Shown piece by piece: positions 38,896-48,303 of a stretch of DNA of 62,597 bases (positions within the stretch are counted from its first letter, which is position 1; the number at the start of each line of letters is the position of its first letter). The notes under the pieces are model-generated. The model saw only the letters and a list, made by a program, of their open reading frames with translations. It had not been told where the DNA came from and searched no databases. The translations under genes and the position numbers were made by a program. The DNA is from Chitinophagaceae bacterium (lineage in GTDB: Bacteria; Bacteroidota; Bacteroidia; Chitinophagales; Chitinophagaceae). The stretch lies in NCBI GenBank assembly GCA_003167015.1, contig PMUF01000054.1:1-62597 (forward strand), written 5' to 3'.

Positions 38896-40284
38896 TTAAT
38901 AGTATCTTCCTTTACCAGAGATTAGGTACCTGATGCAGTCAGCGCAATGATTATGGGCATCTTCCGGCTCATCCAGGGTTAAGCCATGCCGGTCTACAGC
39001 CCATACATAATTCGCGTATTCAAACCAAATATCCGTCGAATCTTCGGTCACGAACACCTCATAATCCATTACCTTTTTGATCCCCGCAATCACCGTTCCG
39101 GGGCCTTTGAATGCCGGGAAGATGTGAAACCCGGTCAAAAGCCGGGCATATTTCCATGGTTTTATCTCAACAGGCACAGCGTGTGGGGTCATTACAGCCG
39201 GTTTAAGCGCCTCTCCCTGCCATGCGGCATAATCCGCCCGCTCTTCGTCCGATAGCTCACTGAGTGACCAGCCAGACCGCAGGCGGCGTATCGCCATGGG
39301 TTCGGCGGAGTCCGCGATGATCACCTCTTCTTTGATTCCCAGCCGGCAATAGAGGATTCCGATCTGTTTTTCGGTCATGCCCACGTAACTGTGTTGGCGG
39401 ATGTAAATCCGGTTGTTGATGATCTTTGCCTCCACCAGGGCAGCGGGTGAAGTAGTTCCGAAGTCCTGCCCGAAGATGGACCGGGCATCAATCTCGTTGA
39501 ACTGCTGATTGGTAATGCTCTTCCACCCGCTGAATATTTGTCCTTTGCGGCCGGTGCTGGCCAGGCCCTTGATGGCCGTCAGGTAGTAATGCTTGTTGAA
39601 TAGATGGCTGGCGGGATCCCCATAGGCCTTATACCGTTCGACGATCGTCGGTGGCAAATATGGATTATCCTCAAAATTGGTTTTGATGACGACCAGGCCG
39701 GGGATTTGTTTGGGGATAACGTCGTAATAACCGTCTTCGACCTTTTCAAGGGTAAAATACCGAGTAATAACAAAATGTGAAATGTGTGGAGTATTCAGAA
39801 TAAGCATGACAATACTCCCTTCATTCCTGATTCCATCAACAAGGGAGTTAAACGCGTCTTGATCAACAATATCCTCCATTTCTTCGATAATGCAATAATC
39901 GATGTTGGATATAGATTTCATATGTGCCTTTTTGTCTGTTCTACTGGCACGAAAACCTTTTGTAAATACCAACATTTCAGATGATTGCATGTCTTTTATG
40001 CCAGTTTCTAATTTTTGATAAAACCGGTCTAAGACACCGCTTTCATTGGCAGTCTCATATCTCAACATGACTTCATTTAGGATACTTTCCCGGATTAGGG
40101 CTTTTTCGTCCCGCAGAATTACGCAGCGCTTTTTCTTGATACAAGCTTGAAAGGTTATCCATTTTGAGGCTTCATAAGTCTTGCCAGACCCACGGCCGCC
40201 GATGAGAATAATTAGATTGGTATCGATCGGCAGATCATAAAGAGGCTTATATGGCTGTAGAGATTCTACGATTACTTTTGGCAT
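38896..40284 (-). CDS. terL: Terminase large subunit
   Basis: Walker A GGRGSGKT, Walker B CIIEE, LNTP, F.DNPYLP, GQDFG, ADSAEP, P.D.HNHCADCIRY. Confidence 0.92.
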   Translation of the reverse strand: MPKVIVESLQPYKPLYDLPIDTNLIILIGGRGSGKTYEASKWITFQACIKKKRCVILRDEKALIRESILNEVMLRYETANESGVLDRFYQKLETGIKDMQSSEMLVFTKGFRASRTDKKAHMKSISNIDYCIIEEMEDIVDQDAFNSLVDGIRNEGSIVMLILNTPHISHFVITRYFTLEKVEDGYYDVIPKQIPGLVVIKTNFEDNPYLPPTIVERYKAYGDPASHLFNKHYYLTAIKGLASTGRKGQIFSGWKSITNQQFNEIDARSIFGQDFGTTSPAALVEAKIINNRIYIRQHSYVGMTEKQIGILYCRLGIKEEVIIADSAEPMAIRRLRSGWSLSELSDEERADYAAWQGEALKPAVMTPHAVPVEIKPWKYARLLTGFHIFPAFKGPGTVIAGIKKVMDYEVFVTEDSTDIWFEYANYVWAVDRHGLTLDEPEDAHNHCADCIRYLISGKGRYY

Positions 40285-40888
40285 AAAGGATTGAAAATGC
40301 GCCTTCAACTCCGTTTTTTCGTTCTAATATGTAAAAATATTGAGGGGAAACTTGGAAATACCTCATCCATTCTGCAAGTATTTTCACTTCGCCATTAAAT
40401 GAAATCCTTCTATTTCTCGAAGTATTAGCCCCTTGCGCCATCTTAGAGGCCCAATAACAGTTCTCTGGCCCATAATTCAATGAATTATACGTTCGCTCTA
40501 TTGTATAGGATGGATCTGGTTTTAGCCCCATGTCAGCAAAAAACGCTAAAAAATCATCTTTCCATTCAGGGCAAACGATGATGCCCTTGCCTCCATAATA
40601 TTGGTAACTAGCGCTATTCGGGTTATAACACCTTTCTTTCATGGCTTGCCAACTTCCATATTCTGATGTATCTTTCATGCCATGAATGAAATTGCCGATA
40701 CTGGCCGCTTCTTTTTGTCCACATGAACAACTTTTGGTATGGCCGGATCTTAATTTATTTCCAACTACAATGCAAATGTTTCCGCAATCGCATTCACAAA
40801 GCCATTGTGCGGAAGTTCGATTCTTGCCGGCATATTCGATAACAGAAAGCTTACCGAAACGTTGTCCCTTAATGTCCTTTAACTTCAT
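40247..40888 (-). CDS. HNH homing endonuclease between terS and terL
   Basis: GQRFGKLSV..WLCECDCG..TKSCSC; YYGGKGIIVC.EW; IER....YGPENC.W; same family as 537..1166. Confidence 0.85.
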   Translation of the reverse strand: MKLKDIKGQRFGKLSVIEYAGKNRTSAQWLCECDCGNICIVVGNKLRSGHTKSCSCGQKEAASIGNFIHGMKDTSEYGSWQAMKERCYNPNSASYQYYGGKGIIVCPEWKDDFLAFFADMGLKPDPSYTIERTYNSLNYGPENCYWASKMAQGANTSRNRRISFNGEVKILAEWMRYFQVSPQYFYILERKNGVEGAFSILYAKSNRRISTAI

Positions 40889-41301
40889 TATTTGAAAGTG
40901 ATTGACAGATCGGAAAGATTAAGATCAAGAGTGCCATTTATCTTAGTTTCCTGCTTTGGCTTGCCAAACGCCCGATCCATGACCGCTTCAAAGGCCCGTG
41001 TATCGCCTTTTTGAACCGCCTTCTCGGCCTGGCGGAACATCAACATCATTTCGACCGTGATTTCTTGCTCGGAGATTTTGAAGTAATCTGCGGCGGCTTT
41101 TTTGAGTGGCGAATCTTTCGCGCCTTCAAACGAGAGTTGCAATATTGCCCGGGCCAGTTCCACGCCGGTTTTCTTTTTCAGTAGCCCGTTGCTTTTCGCC
41201 TGGGGAGTCGGTTGCCGCGTGGAACTGAACTGCTTGTCTTTAGGCGGTTTGCCCGGTCCGACATCTTTTCTCTTCTCCCGTGGCTTTCCCGTGTCCTGCA
41301 T
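40888..41301 (-). CDS. terS: Terminase small subunit (probable)
   Basis: GPGKPPK..QF..QP; KAVQKGDTRAFEAVMDRAFGKPKQ; upstream of terL. Confidence 0.7.
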   Translation of the reverse strand: MQDTGKPREKRKDVGPGKPPKDKQFSSTRQPTPQAKSNGLLKKKTGVELARAILQLSFEGAKDSPLKKAAADYFKISEQEITVEMMLMFRQAEKAVQKGDTRAFEAVMDRAFGKPKQETKINGTLDLNLSDLSITFK

Positions 41302-41581
41302 AATTGCTGATTTCGGTGATTTGGCCTAGTTTCAGCGCAAAGACTTCAACCTGACCGTTATAGACAACGGAAGGTATGACTTTTTTCTTGTATCCCAAAT
41401 ATTCGACGGTCATTCTGGGAGCGGTGGCCGAGTAGCCGAGCTGGAAGACGATGCGCGAGTAATGGCGATCAATGATCTTTTTGGCCCAGTAGTCGGAAGT
41501 GATGCGGTATTCTTCGGTCTTGGTGCCGGCGGCGATCTGGTGGAAGTATTCGCCTTTGAGGATGATAAAGAGAGGTTTCAT
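41240..41581 (-). CDS. ASCH/PUA-like domain protein
   Basis: LKGEYFHQIAAGTKTEEYR...YW..I.F.LGY. Confidence 0.75.
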   Translation of the reverse strand: MKPLFIILKGEYFHQIAAGTKTEEYRITSDYWAKKIIDRHYSRIVFQLGYSATAPRMTVEYLGYKKKVIPSVVYNGQVEVFALKLGQITEISNYAGHGKATGEEKRCRTGQTA

Positions 41582-42120
41582 AAATGCAAAGTTTTTTTGC
41601 TGCGAAACCCCGCCTTGTTGGGGCGGGGCGGCAGCCTGCAGAAACTTTGCAGGTAAACTGCAGGATTATTTAGCAAGCACCTCAATTTCTTTACCAGCAT
41701 ACAAACCGCGACCCGTAGTTCTGCCAAGTGCATAATGAAACTCCGTAGCGTAGTGGATTCCGTCAACTCGGTACATTTGAACCAGCCCGCAATCGGGGCG
41801 GCGGAATTGGGGTCGCCGGCCTGCGCAAGATCGATGATAGCGTTGAACTCTTTGTACTCCTGATCGGTCAGTGCCCGGGAAGGCATACTGACATAAACCT
41901 CTTCTATTCCTGCAGCAATAAGTTCCTGCTTCCTGGAATGGCCATCGATGATAGTCAGATCGGAATTGCAGATAATCGTTCCAGCCAACCCGAATTTGCT
42001 GAGGGATTTTTGCAGCCGCTTTTTTCCCGTTTTATTCAATGTTTTAGGGTTCTTCGGATTTTCGATCAAGTCCTCTACCTTGACCTTTTTCGGTTCCCAT
42101 TGAATGGCATCTTTTTTCAT
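41578..42120 (-). CDS. ParB/Srx N-terminal domain protein, probably with a scrambled C-terminus
   Basis: L..NPKNP..LQKSL.KFG..II.N....IIDGHSR; sequence after AQAGDP is not ParB-like. Confidence 0.65.
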   Translation of the reverse strand: MKKDAIQWEPKKVKVEDLIENPKNPKTLNKTGKKRLQKSLSKFGLAGTIICNSDLTIIDGHSRKQELIAAGIEEVYVSMPSRALTDQEYKEFNAIIDLAQAGDPNSAAPIAGWFKCTELTESTTLRSFIMHLAELRVAVCMLVKKLRCLLNNPAVYLQSFCRLPPRPNKAGFRSKKTLHL

Positions 42121-42155
42121 TATGTCGAAATTAGCCAACTTTCGTGACTATCAAC

Positions 42156-42183
42156 AAAAAAACCCCACCTTTTGGGTGAGGTT
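42156..42183 (-). terminator. Intrinsic terminator after the Ig-like gene
   Basis: AACCUCACC..GGUGGGGUU hairpin followed by U-run. Confidence 0.6.
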
Positions 42184-42195
42184 CCACGTGGAAAA
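42180..42195. promoter_or_regulatory. parS-like site
   Basis: GGTTCCACGTGGAAAA, 2 mismatches to TGTTCCACGTGGAACA. Confidence 0.4.
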
Positions 42196-42203
42196 AAATT
42201 CTC

Positions 42204-42734
42204 TTAGCTCGTCTGGCCGGCCGTGAAGGTTCCGGCCGTCGGCGTTCCTGCGGGAACCGGGGTGCCGGCGCTCAGCTGCTGGACGACCTGCTCAGGTCCG
42301 CTGGTGACCGTAATACCGATCGTGCTGGACTCGATCTTCCCTGTGACGGGCAGTTGGTCGTCCTCGTCGGTATAGGCCCAGGAATTCACCTCTGTGAAAT
42401 TACAGGTACCGGGACCGACAGGAAGGGCGTTACCGTTCGAGTCGGGGACGGCGACCAGCGGATTGTCGGAGGTGACGCTAACCAGTGTTGCGACTGATCC
42501 GGGGATCTGCTGAAGACTTTCCGCATCGTCCAGGACGGCGACGAGAGGCGTTGACATCGCGGGCTGGCCTGCCTGCGGCATCGGGATGACAATGTTACCC
42601 ATGGGGATATATTTGGTTTTGTTAATAATGACGCAGATGAATTGTCTAACCCTCCGGTGATGGCCGAAATGCTCTTCCAGGCGCCGTTTGGCCTCTTCAA
42701 GTTCTTTTTTCAGCCGTTCTATGAGGTGTGACAT
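42204..42734 (-). CDS. Ig-like (Big_2-type) domain protein (start 42734 or 42602)
   Basis: SDNPLVAV.DSNG...PVGPGTC.F..ITVT motif. Confidence 0.55.
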   Translation of the reverse strand: MSHLIERLKKELEEAKRRLEEHFGHHRRVRQFICVIINKTKYIPMGNIVIPMPQAGQPAMSTPLVAVLDDAESLQQIPGSVATLVSVTSDNPLVAVPDSNGNALPVGPGTCNFTEVNSWAYTDEDDQLPVTGKIESSTIGITVTSGPEQVVQQLSAGTPVPAGTPTAGTFTAGQTS

Positions 42735-42745
42735 GAGAATGTAAT

Positions 42746-43966
42746 TTACGGGGTTATTCTGAAATGAGGCGTTAAAATGATCTGCAGGTCTTCCAGGGCT
42801 GCCCTGTAGACGTCCCGCTCGGCTTCGAGCGCCTTTATGCGGGCGTTGGCGGCGGCTGTTTCTTGGTCGGCATAATCCTGCATGCACATGAATGCGGTCC
42901 TATAAAACCTGTCGATTCCGGCATCATCAAAATCATGGCAAGGATTACGGGAATACCAAATTTGTTGCGGGGTCCTTGGCGTCTTTCCTGGTTCTGTCTC
43001 CGATCCTTTATCAGGTATTGCCGGGGAGGGGGCGGCCGTTGATGGCTTAGATTCTGAATTGGTTTCGATGTCGGACAGCCGGGCTTTTAGGTCTCGTATT
43101 TCTTCCCTCTTATCGTCGATTTGATATTTTAGCATTCTGTTTGCGTGCATCATCTTGGCGATATCTGTTCCGGGTTCAGGAACTTGTATCATTAGTTCCC
43201 CGGCAGCGTCGGTCAAATCCTGTTCGTGGATAGCCAATTGCCTTTCAGTTTCTTCTAATCTTTGCGCTAGTTGACTAAAAGCCCAATCCGATCCGGAAAT
43301 AAAAGATTCCTGCCGAATATGAGCATACTTATCGTTGGGGCCAGTTGCGGCATGATTAAAGGCCGCCGTAAGTGTTTGACTAGAGTCTGCTTTAGTGGGT
43401 CGCCAATGCGTTACGTCAAGGGCGGCCGCGTGATAGCCTTTGACATAAAAACACACATCTTTGTGATCCCATCGCCCAATATACACATCCCCGTAACTGA
43501 TTTTAAACTCCACTTCCATATCTCGACCGGGCCTATATTGGTCTATCGCTATCCAATTTCCTTCCCCTTCTGTCTTATGGGAGGCTTGAACCCTTTCAAT
43601 GATTTTTTTTCGCTGTTCTTCGAACCATGCTTCATCTGGCATGGGGGCTTGAAGGGGGACGGTAGTCTCTTCCAGCCATTCGACGTATCGCGGAGAAACA
43701 ATATTGCCATTGGCAATAAGATAATTTCCACCTTCCATTTCATTTTTAATCTTAGCGGGCTTCCCTTCGCATTTTCCACAGAACTCACCGACAGGCGGCA
43801 TCCGTTTATCAGCCTTCACCCACCGCAGGACCGGCAGATCAGGGGATAGTGGCTCTATTGGGGGGGATGTTGTGCAAATGGGGCAGGTACCGATATATGA
43901 TTGATGATGAAGATTGCAATATCCTTCGCGTCCGCTGTAATGGAATGGGCTTTTATTCTCGCTCAT
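42746..43966 (-). CDS. Mosaic phage protein with DUF551-like modules
   Basis: WVKA.KRMP, WIAI...P..VTHWRP modules and coiled coils. Confidence 0.6.
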   Translation of the reverse strand: MSENKSPFHYSGREGYCNLHHQSYIGTCPICTTSPPIEPLSPDLPVLRWVKADKRMPPVGEFCGKCEGKPAKIKNEMEGGNYLIANGNIVSPRYVEWLEETTVPLQAPMPDEAWFEEQRKKIIERVQASHKTEGEGNWIAIDQYRPGRDMEVEFKISYGDVYIGRWDHKDVCFYVKGYHAAALDVTHWRPTKADSSQTLTAAFNHAATGPNDKYAHIRQESFISGSDWAFSQLAQRLEETERQLAIHEQDLTDAAGELMIQVPEPGTDIAKMMHANRMLKYQIDDKREEIRDLKARLSDIETNSESKPSTAAPSPAIPDKGSETEPGKTPRTPQQIWYSRNPCHDFDDAGIDRFYRTAFMCMQDYADQETAAANARIKALEAERDVYRAALEDLQIILTPHFRITP

Positions 43967-43969
43967 GAT

Positions 43970-44389
43970 CTATTGTTTAAAAAAGGTTTTTAGTTTTTGT
44001 ATCACGCGAGTTATCCATGACGGACGAATCGGCTTGATTGATTTCCCTGTATTTCTATTGAAGTTTGTTTCCATGATATTCGCCTCATTGACATCGTTGA
44101 GGATCAAGGCATCCCTGGCTGCCAAAAGATATTTTGCTACCCAAACAGGTATGAGACAGTCTGCATTACAATCCTCTCCACTTGTACAGCCGCATGCAGG
44201 CAATCTCTTTTCCCCTTCCGAGAGATCGGAGGTATTGTCTACTTGAACGGGGGCGGTGGCTTCAAGTTCTTTTATGCGCGCTTCTAAAGGCGCTCTTATC
44301 ATATCAGCAAAGCATTCCTGACAAAAGCCTCGACAGTTGTGCTTTTCACAGATATGATCATCATGCCTGAATTTCGGAATCAGTGTCAT
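43970..44389 (-). CDS. Cys-rich hypothetical protein
   Basis: CEKH..CQEC; ARIKELEA. Confidence 0.5.
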   Translation of the reverse strand: MTLIPKFRHDDHICEKHNCRGFCQECFADMIRAPLEARIKELEATAPVQVDNTSDLSEGEKRLPACGCTSGEDCNADCLIPVWVAKYLLAARDALILNDVNEANIMETNFNRNTGKSIKPIRPSWITRVIQKLKTFFKQ

Positions 44390-44592
44390 TAGTTTGATCT
44401 TTTAAAGTGTAATTCAATTTTTTGGCAAATTTTGTTGACCTCATTTACCTTGTCGTCTTCGACATTGACGCTTATTAACGATACATCCGGCGTGAACGGG
44501 CTAATGCTGAAGTCGGTAAAGCCCGCTTTCGTCAGTTCTTTTTTGAACCGATTCACCTTGTAATTGTCAGCGCCGATGGCTATCTTTTTCAT
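44389..44592 (-). CDS. Hypothetical protein
   Basis: Start MKKIAIG, coupled. Confidence 0.55.
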   Translation of the reverse strand: MKKIAIGADNYKVNRFKKELTKAGFTDFSISPFTPDVSLISVNVEDDKVNEVNKICQKIELHFKRSN

Positions 44593-44897
44593 GATCCTAC
44601 CTCCTGATCTGTTCCGTCCCAAAGAAATTCGGATACCGGGAAATGAGCACTGCAAGCGCAACAGTAGGTGGCTCCGTAAAACTTTGGATCACGGGCGTAG
44701 GTTTCAGATAGCTTCTGTCCCATGGTGGTCAGGCTCCCGCACTTTTTGTGAACGTAAGCCGTCCGGACGGGTCTTACAAAGCCTTTTGCCAATTCTTCAT
44801 CCGACAGCACCAGATAGACCTTGTTTTGCGGGGCTGGCTCTTCTGGGCCTGTATAGCGTTTCAAATCTGGATTGTTTGGATCGGTAGTTAGTCCCAT
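44589..44897 (-). CDS. Conserved phage Zn-binding hypothetical protein
   Basis: GFVRPVR..YVH..CG..T.M....ETYARDP.FYGATYC..C..HFP. Confidence 0.7.
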   Translation of the reverse strand: MGLTTDPNNPDLKRYTGPEEPAPQNKVYLVLSDEELAKGFVRPVRTAYVHKKCGSLTTMGQKLSETYARDPKFYGATYCCACSAHFPVSEFLWDGTDQEVGS

Positions 44898-45226
44898 TGT
44901 ATTTATTTTTAATGATTTATGAACCGAATTTTACATTATGCGAGTTGTGATATCCTTCAAGGGCCGCAACCCGCTTTTCCAACTCCTTTACCTTCGCAAT
45001 CAAATCTTCTTTCCCTTCCCAATCGAGATCGGAGGATACTGTAGTGATACGTGGGTTTCCGTCTGAAATCTGCACCGGTCCGGGTTCGTATCCTTTTTCG
45101 CTCAGGCTGACCGGAAGGACCGATCATCCCCATGTCGTCAATGATGACAGCGCCGCAAAGAATACATTGCTGTAGGCCACCCCGATACTCGCCTGCTATA
45201 TGTTCAATGAAATTTGGCATAACGTT

Positions 45227-45772
45227 TTATTTTTCTGAGTTATCGGTCTGAGGGTTAATAGGAGCGGCTGGTAAGAATCTCCAATGAGTGCATTTCGAGC
45301 CGACCCCAAATAGTTCGTCCGCCTCCTTGTCGCCACGCCACCACACAGGATCGTCTTTATCGATTTCGCGCACGAAGCAAATCCCATCCTCACGCAGCCA
45401 TAGAACCGGCACATCGTAATCCGGCAGCCCCGTGTCCACGCTTATCCATCCATCATCCGGTTGTGCTGGGGATGATTGTCCTTCAATAGGCAAAACGCTG
45501 TTGATTCTTCTAACAACGTCCATCCACTCCCATGTAAAATCTTTCCTACGACTCGCTTCGTCCTTCCACTCTTTCAGAGCTTTTATCACCTGCTCGCTCA
45601 TAGATGGCCCTCCCAATGAGCTAGAGAGATGGCGGTAGGCGGCGATAGTCGCTTGTTTGGCAGAGTCTTCATTGAACCAGAACGAAGGCGTTGTCTCTCT
45701 TGCTGCCTCAATACAGAGCTTTAAGAATTCTTCTGGTATCTGCCCATCCTGGGGTTTAGATTCTGTATTCAT
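45227..45772 (-). CDS. DUF551-like protein
   Basis: GWISVD..LP...VL..THWR.LP..P. Confidence 0.65.
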   Translation of the reverse strand: MNTESKPQDGQIPEEFLKLCIEAARETTPSFWFNEDSAKQATIAAYRHLSSSLGGPSMSEQVIKALKEWKDEASRRKDFTWEWMDVVRRINSVLPIEGQSSPAQPDDGWISVDTGLPDYDVPVLWLREDGICFVREIDKDDPVWWRGDKEADELFGVGSKCTHWRFLPAAPINPQTDNSEK

Positions 45773-46017
45773 GGTCGTTGTTTTTTTATGATGATTCCCG
45801 CCATTATTCCAATTGGCTTAAAATCAATATTATAATATTCGCACAATATCCACAGCACGGATGCAGATGGCTTTTTAATTTCGTCAGCCTCTAATCGCCT
45901 GAGATATTCGTTAGACACGCCGGTGTCCTCCAAAACCTCATCGGGCGATAAGTCCCTGGCCTCCCGAACTTGCTTCAATATTTGGCCGATTGTTTGTTGT
46001 ACTCCCTGATCAGTCAT
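45769..46017 (-). CDS. XRE-family HTH regulator
   Basis: LKQVREARDLS..V...GVS..YL.RLE....KPS..L. Confidence 0.85.
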   Translation of the reverse strand: MTDQGVQQTIGQILKQVREARDLSPDEVLEDTGVSNEYLRRLEADEIKKPSASVLWILCEYYNIDFKPIGIMAGIIIKKQRP

Positions 46018-46457
46018 ATAGTTGGTTTTTTGGGTTTCCCCAATCTTGTTTTCGAGTTTCCGGCCGCTATGGCCTGGCGGCTATGTTCGGTTGCAATTTT
46101 ATGACAGTTCGAACAGGCGGCTTTGAAGTCCTCTACCCGCAAAAGTCGGTCATTTTCACGGCCGGCCGCGTGGTGGACCTGTGTTGAATTTCCGGTGCAA
46201 CCAGGCAATTTGAGATCGCACACAGGGTTCTCGCGCAGGAATTTGCGCTGAATGGGCTTGTATTGCCTGTTCTGCTTCGCCCGCTTTTTGCTTTCCCGCT
46301 TAATCTTCCCCCTGACAGGCTTTTTAGCCTCTTGGCTCGTTTTCTTTGCCGGGGCGTCCTTCCCCTCAGATTTCTGGACATCGCCCGATTTTGGCCGGTT
46401 TGTGTCGGTCCTGATCCCATTTTTCAAATCGCGCCTCATTTCCAGGTATGTGCTCAT
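46014..46457 (-). CDS. HNH nuclease-domain protein
   Basis: C....C....QVHH..GR..CSNCH. Confidence 0.7.
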   Translation of the reverse strand: MSTYLEMRRDLKNGIRTDTNRPKSGDVQKSEGKDAPAKKTSQEAKKPVRGKIKRESKKRAKQNRQYKPIQRKFLRENPVCDLKLPGCTGNSTQVHHAAGRENDRLLRVEDFKAACSNCHKIATEHSRQAIAAGNSKTRLGKPKKPTI

Positions 46458-46762
46458 AAAGGTAATTTTAACTGATTCGGATCGTCTGACACGTAAGCCG
46501 GTTCAATCCAATTCCCGTCGCCGTCTTTCTCCCATTTCCACCGCTTAAAATGGGTGCAAGTCGGGTGCCCCTGCTCGTCGTATACCCATTCCGCCGTCTC
46601 GCCTTCCAGGAAAGACCGGGAAAGGATCTCGCAGGGGTTGTCTGTAGTGTCCTGGCTGTGCTCGTATTTCCCCCTTACGCAATTTACGCAGAACTTATCG
46701 ATGAAGTAAAGGCCGTCATCGCTATTGCTCGGGCGGAATCGGTTGTCAGGATCATGGCTCAT
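46454..46762 (-). CDS. Cys-containing hypothetical protein
   Basis: PSN..G..F...C..C..C.IL..W..CT.F. Confidence 0.6.
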   Translation of the reverse strand: MSHDPDNRFRPSNSDDGLYFIDKFCVNCVRGKYEHSQDTTDNPCEILSRSFLEGETAEWVYDEQGHPTCTHFKRWKWEKDGDGNWIEPAYVSDDPNQLKLPL

Positions 46763-46971
46763 CTTGTTATTCCTGTTTTAAAGATTCCAATCATGTCGGC
46801 ACTGAGCGTCATACCGAAGTAAACGAGGTCCATTGGTTCCTCATAAGTTACGATAATGGCTACTATTTTCCGCCCCTTTTCGATCCTTTTATATTCGAAT
46901 TTCATCTTTTCCAGAGTATAAACATAGGCGGTTTCCTGGCCCCGTTCGAGTATGGGGATTTCAAGCATCAT
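46759..46971 (-). CDS. Hypothetical protein
   Basis: Coupled ORF. Confidence 0.5.
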   Translation of the reverse strand: MMLEIPILERGQETAYVYTLEKMKFEYKRIEKGRKIVAIIVTYEEPMDLVYFGMTLSADMIGIFKTGITR

Positions 46972-47150
46972 AAACTCTTGATTTTTCGAAGTAATCTCGC
47001 AATCACCACCACAGGTTTGCCGTCAAATGATACCAGCATATTGCCGTTCTTTCCACGGATGCACTTTCCGTCAATGGCGCGGATAGCGCGGCAGGTTTGG
47101 CCCTTCAACGCCGGATCAGTGAACTTATCCCCTAAATATCGATAATTCAT
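46968..47150 (-). CDS. Small hypothetical protein
   Basis: Coupled ORF. Confidence 0.55.
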   Translation of the reverse strand: MNYRYLGDKFTDPALKGQTCRAIRAIDGKCIRGKNGNMLVSFDGKPVVVIARLLRKIKSL

Positions 47151-47319
47151 AAACTGAATTTTTTAGGCTCCCGCAGCGCAATATGCCGCAATGACTCCGT
47201 ATGAATCTCTGCGATCTTTTTGTTGTCGAAAGCGGCTATGCATTGAACAAAATGGCCGACGGTTGCAGAAGGCAAAATATTCAATAATGCCTGCATAAGT
47301 TCTTCTTTTTCAGCGATCG

Positions 47320-47628
47320 TCATAAATATTTCCGTTTAACTTCCTGAAATCCATGATTAGAGTATTCGGCCGGGGCACGGACAATCTTAGGCGCGGGAGG
47401 ATCCGGTAAAAGACCCGCGGGAACCGGTCGCCTCTCCCGGATGGGCGGGCTCTCCTTCACCTTTCGGTTCATCCGCTTGAATTCCAGGTGGTGGCGATAG
47501 CCGATGCCATAGACGACAGCCTGTGTCAGCCCGAAGGATGTGGCCAGTTCTTTAGCCGTATGCGCTGAGGCATTTTCGATGATGTACCTTTCCTGGGCGT
47601 CGGTGAAACTTGCAGGGCGATTTCTCAT
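47320..47628 (-). CDS. HTH-like protein
   Basis: FT..Q..YI......T.KELA..FG.T...V. Confidence 0.55.
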   Translation of the reverse strand: MRNRPASFTDAQERYIIENASAHTAKELATSFGLTQAVVYGIGYRHHLEFKRMNRKVKESPPIRERRPVPAGLLPDPPAPKIVRAPAEYSNHGFQEVKRKYL

Positions 47629-47629
47629 G

Positions 47630-48076
47630 CTATTTCTTTTTAGGTTTAGAAATCTTTGTCGGCGGAAGGGCCATATAATCGTCGATCACCTTCCTTATTG
47701 CATCGAAACCCTTGGCGAATACCGCCAGATAATTCCTATCGGTCAAGGCTTTCAGGGTGGCGTTTTGACGCGAAAGATGCTCGTTTTTGAATAGCCCGGC
47801 GGAATTGTACAAATTCTCCCCTTCCCGCTTCATTTCAATAAGCAGGCCCAGAAAGCCACCCCTTGCATCCAGGATTTGAAGGTCCGGGAATGAAATGCCC
47901 GAGTGATTCAATTTCCCCTGGCGCATCCGCTGGCTCTCGAACATCAGCTCCCCGGCACTGTCCGTGTGGAAAAGAACTTTTGGCCAGCGCAGTTTCAGGT
48001 ACTTCACCACCTGGTAATGCACCCGGTCCTCATCGGCGATGATTTTGTTGTCTCTTATGGTAAAGCCGCGTTTCAT
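47630..48076 (-). CDS. VRR-NUC / PD-(D/E)XK nuclease
   Basis: E..VH..V..L; FPDL.I..GL.IEMK; Q......L....Y. Confidence 0.75.
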   Translation of the reverse strand: MKRGFTIRDNKIIADEDRVHYQVVKYLKLRWPKVLFHTDSAGELMFESQRMRQGKLNHSGISFPDLQILDARGGFLGLLIEMKREGENLYNSAGLFKNEHLSRQNATLKALTDRNYLAVFAKGFDAIRKVIDDYMALPPTKISKPKKK

Positions 48077-48077
48077 G

Positions 48078-48302
48078 CTAATTGTCTATTTTGGGAAGAT
48101 CCTGTTTCAAATAATCGAACCACCATTTTTTTAGGAGTTTCATTTTCTCGTCCGAAATCTCGAATTCGTAATAAATCTGTCCATTGGGCAGCGGCTTTCT
48201 GATACCTTGTAGCATTTCTATTTCGAACACTTCTTTGAAATAAGCCTCCGCCGCTGGATTAACTGTCAATTCTACCTTGTTGTCATCGGTGCTGAGATTC
48301 AT
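48078..48302 (-). CDS. Hypothetical protein
   Basis: In-operon ORF. Confidence 0.5.
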   Translation of the reverse strand: MNLSTDDNKVELTVNPAAEAYFKEVFEIEMLQGIRKPLPNGQIYYEFEISDEKMKLLKKWWFDYLKQDLPKIDN

Positions 48303-48303
48303 G

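Noticed and set aside
40247-40888. Group I intron or intein in the terminase
   Set aside because: terS and terL both look intact, and the HNH is a free-standing coupled ORF with no flanking intron sequence
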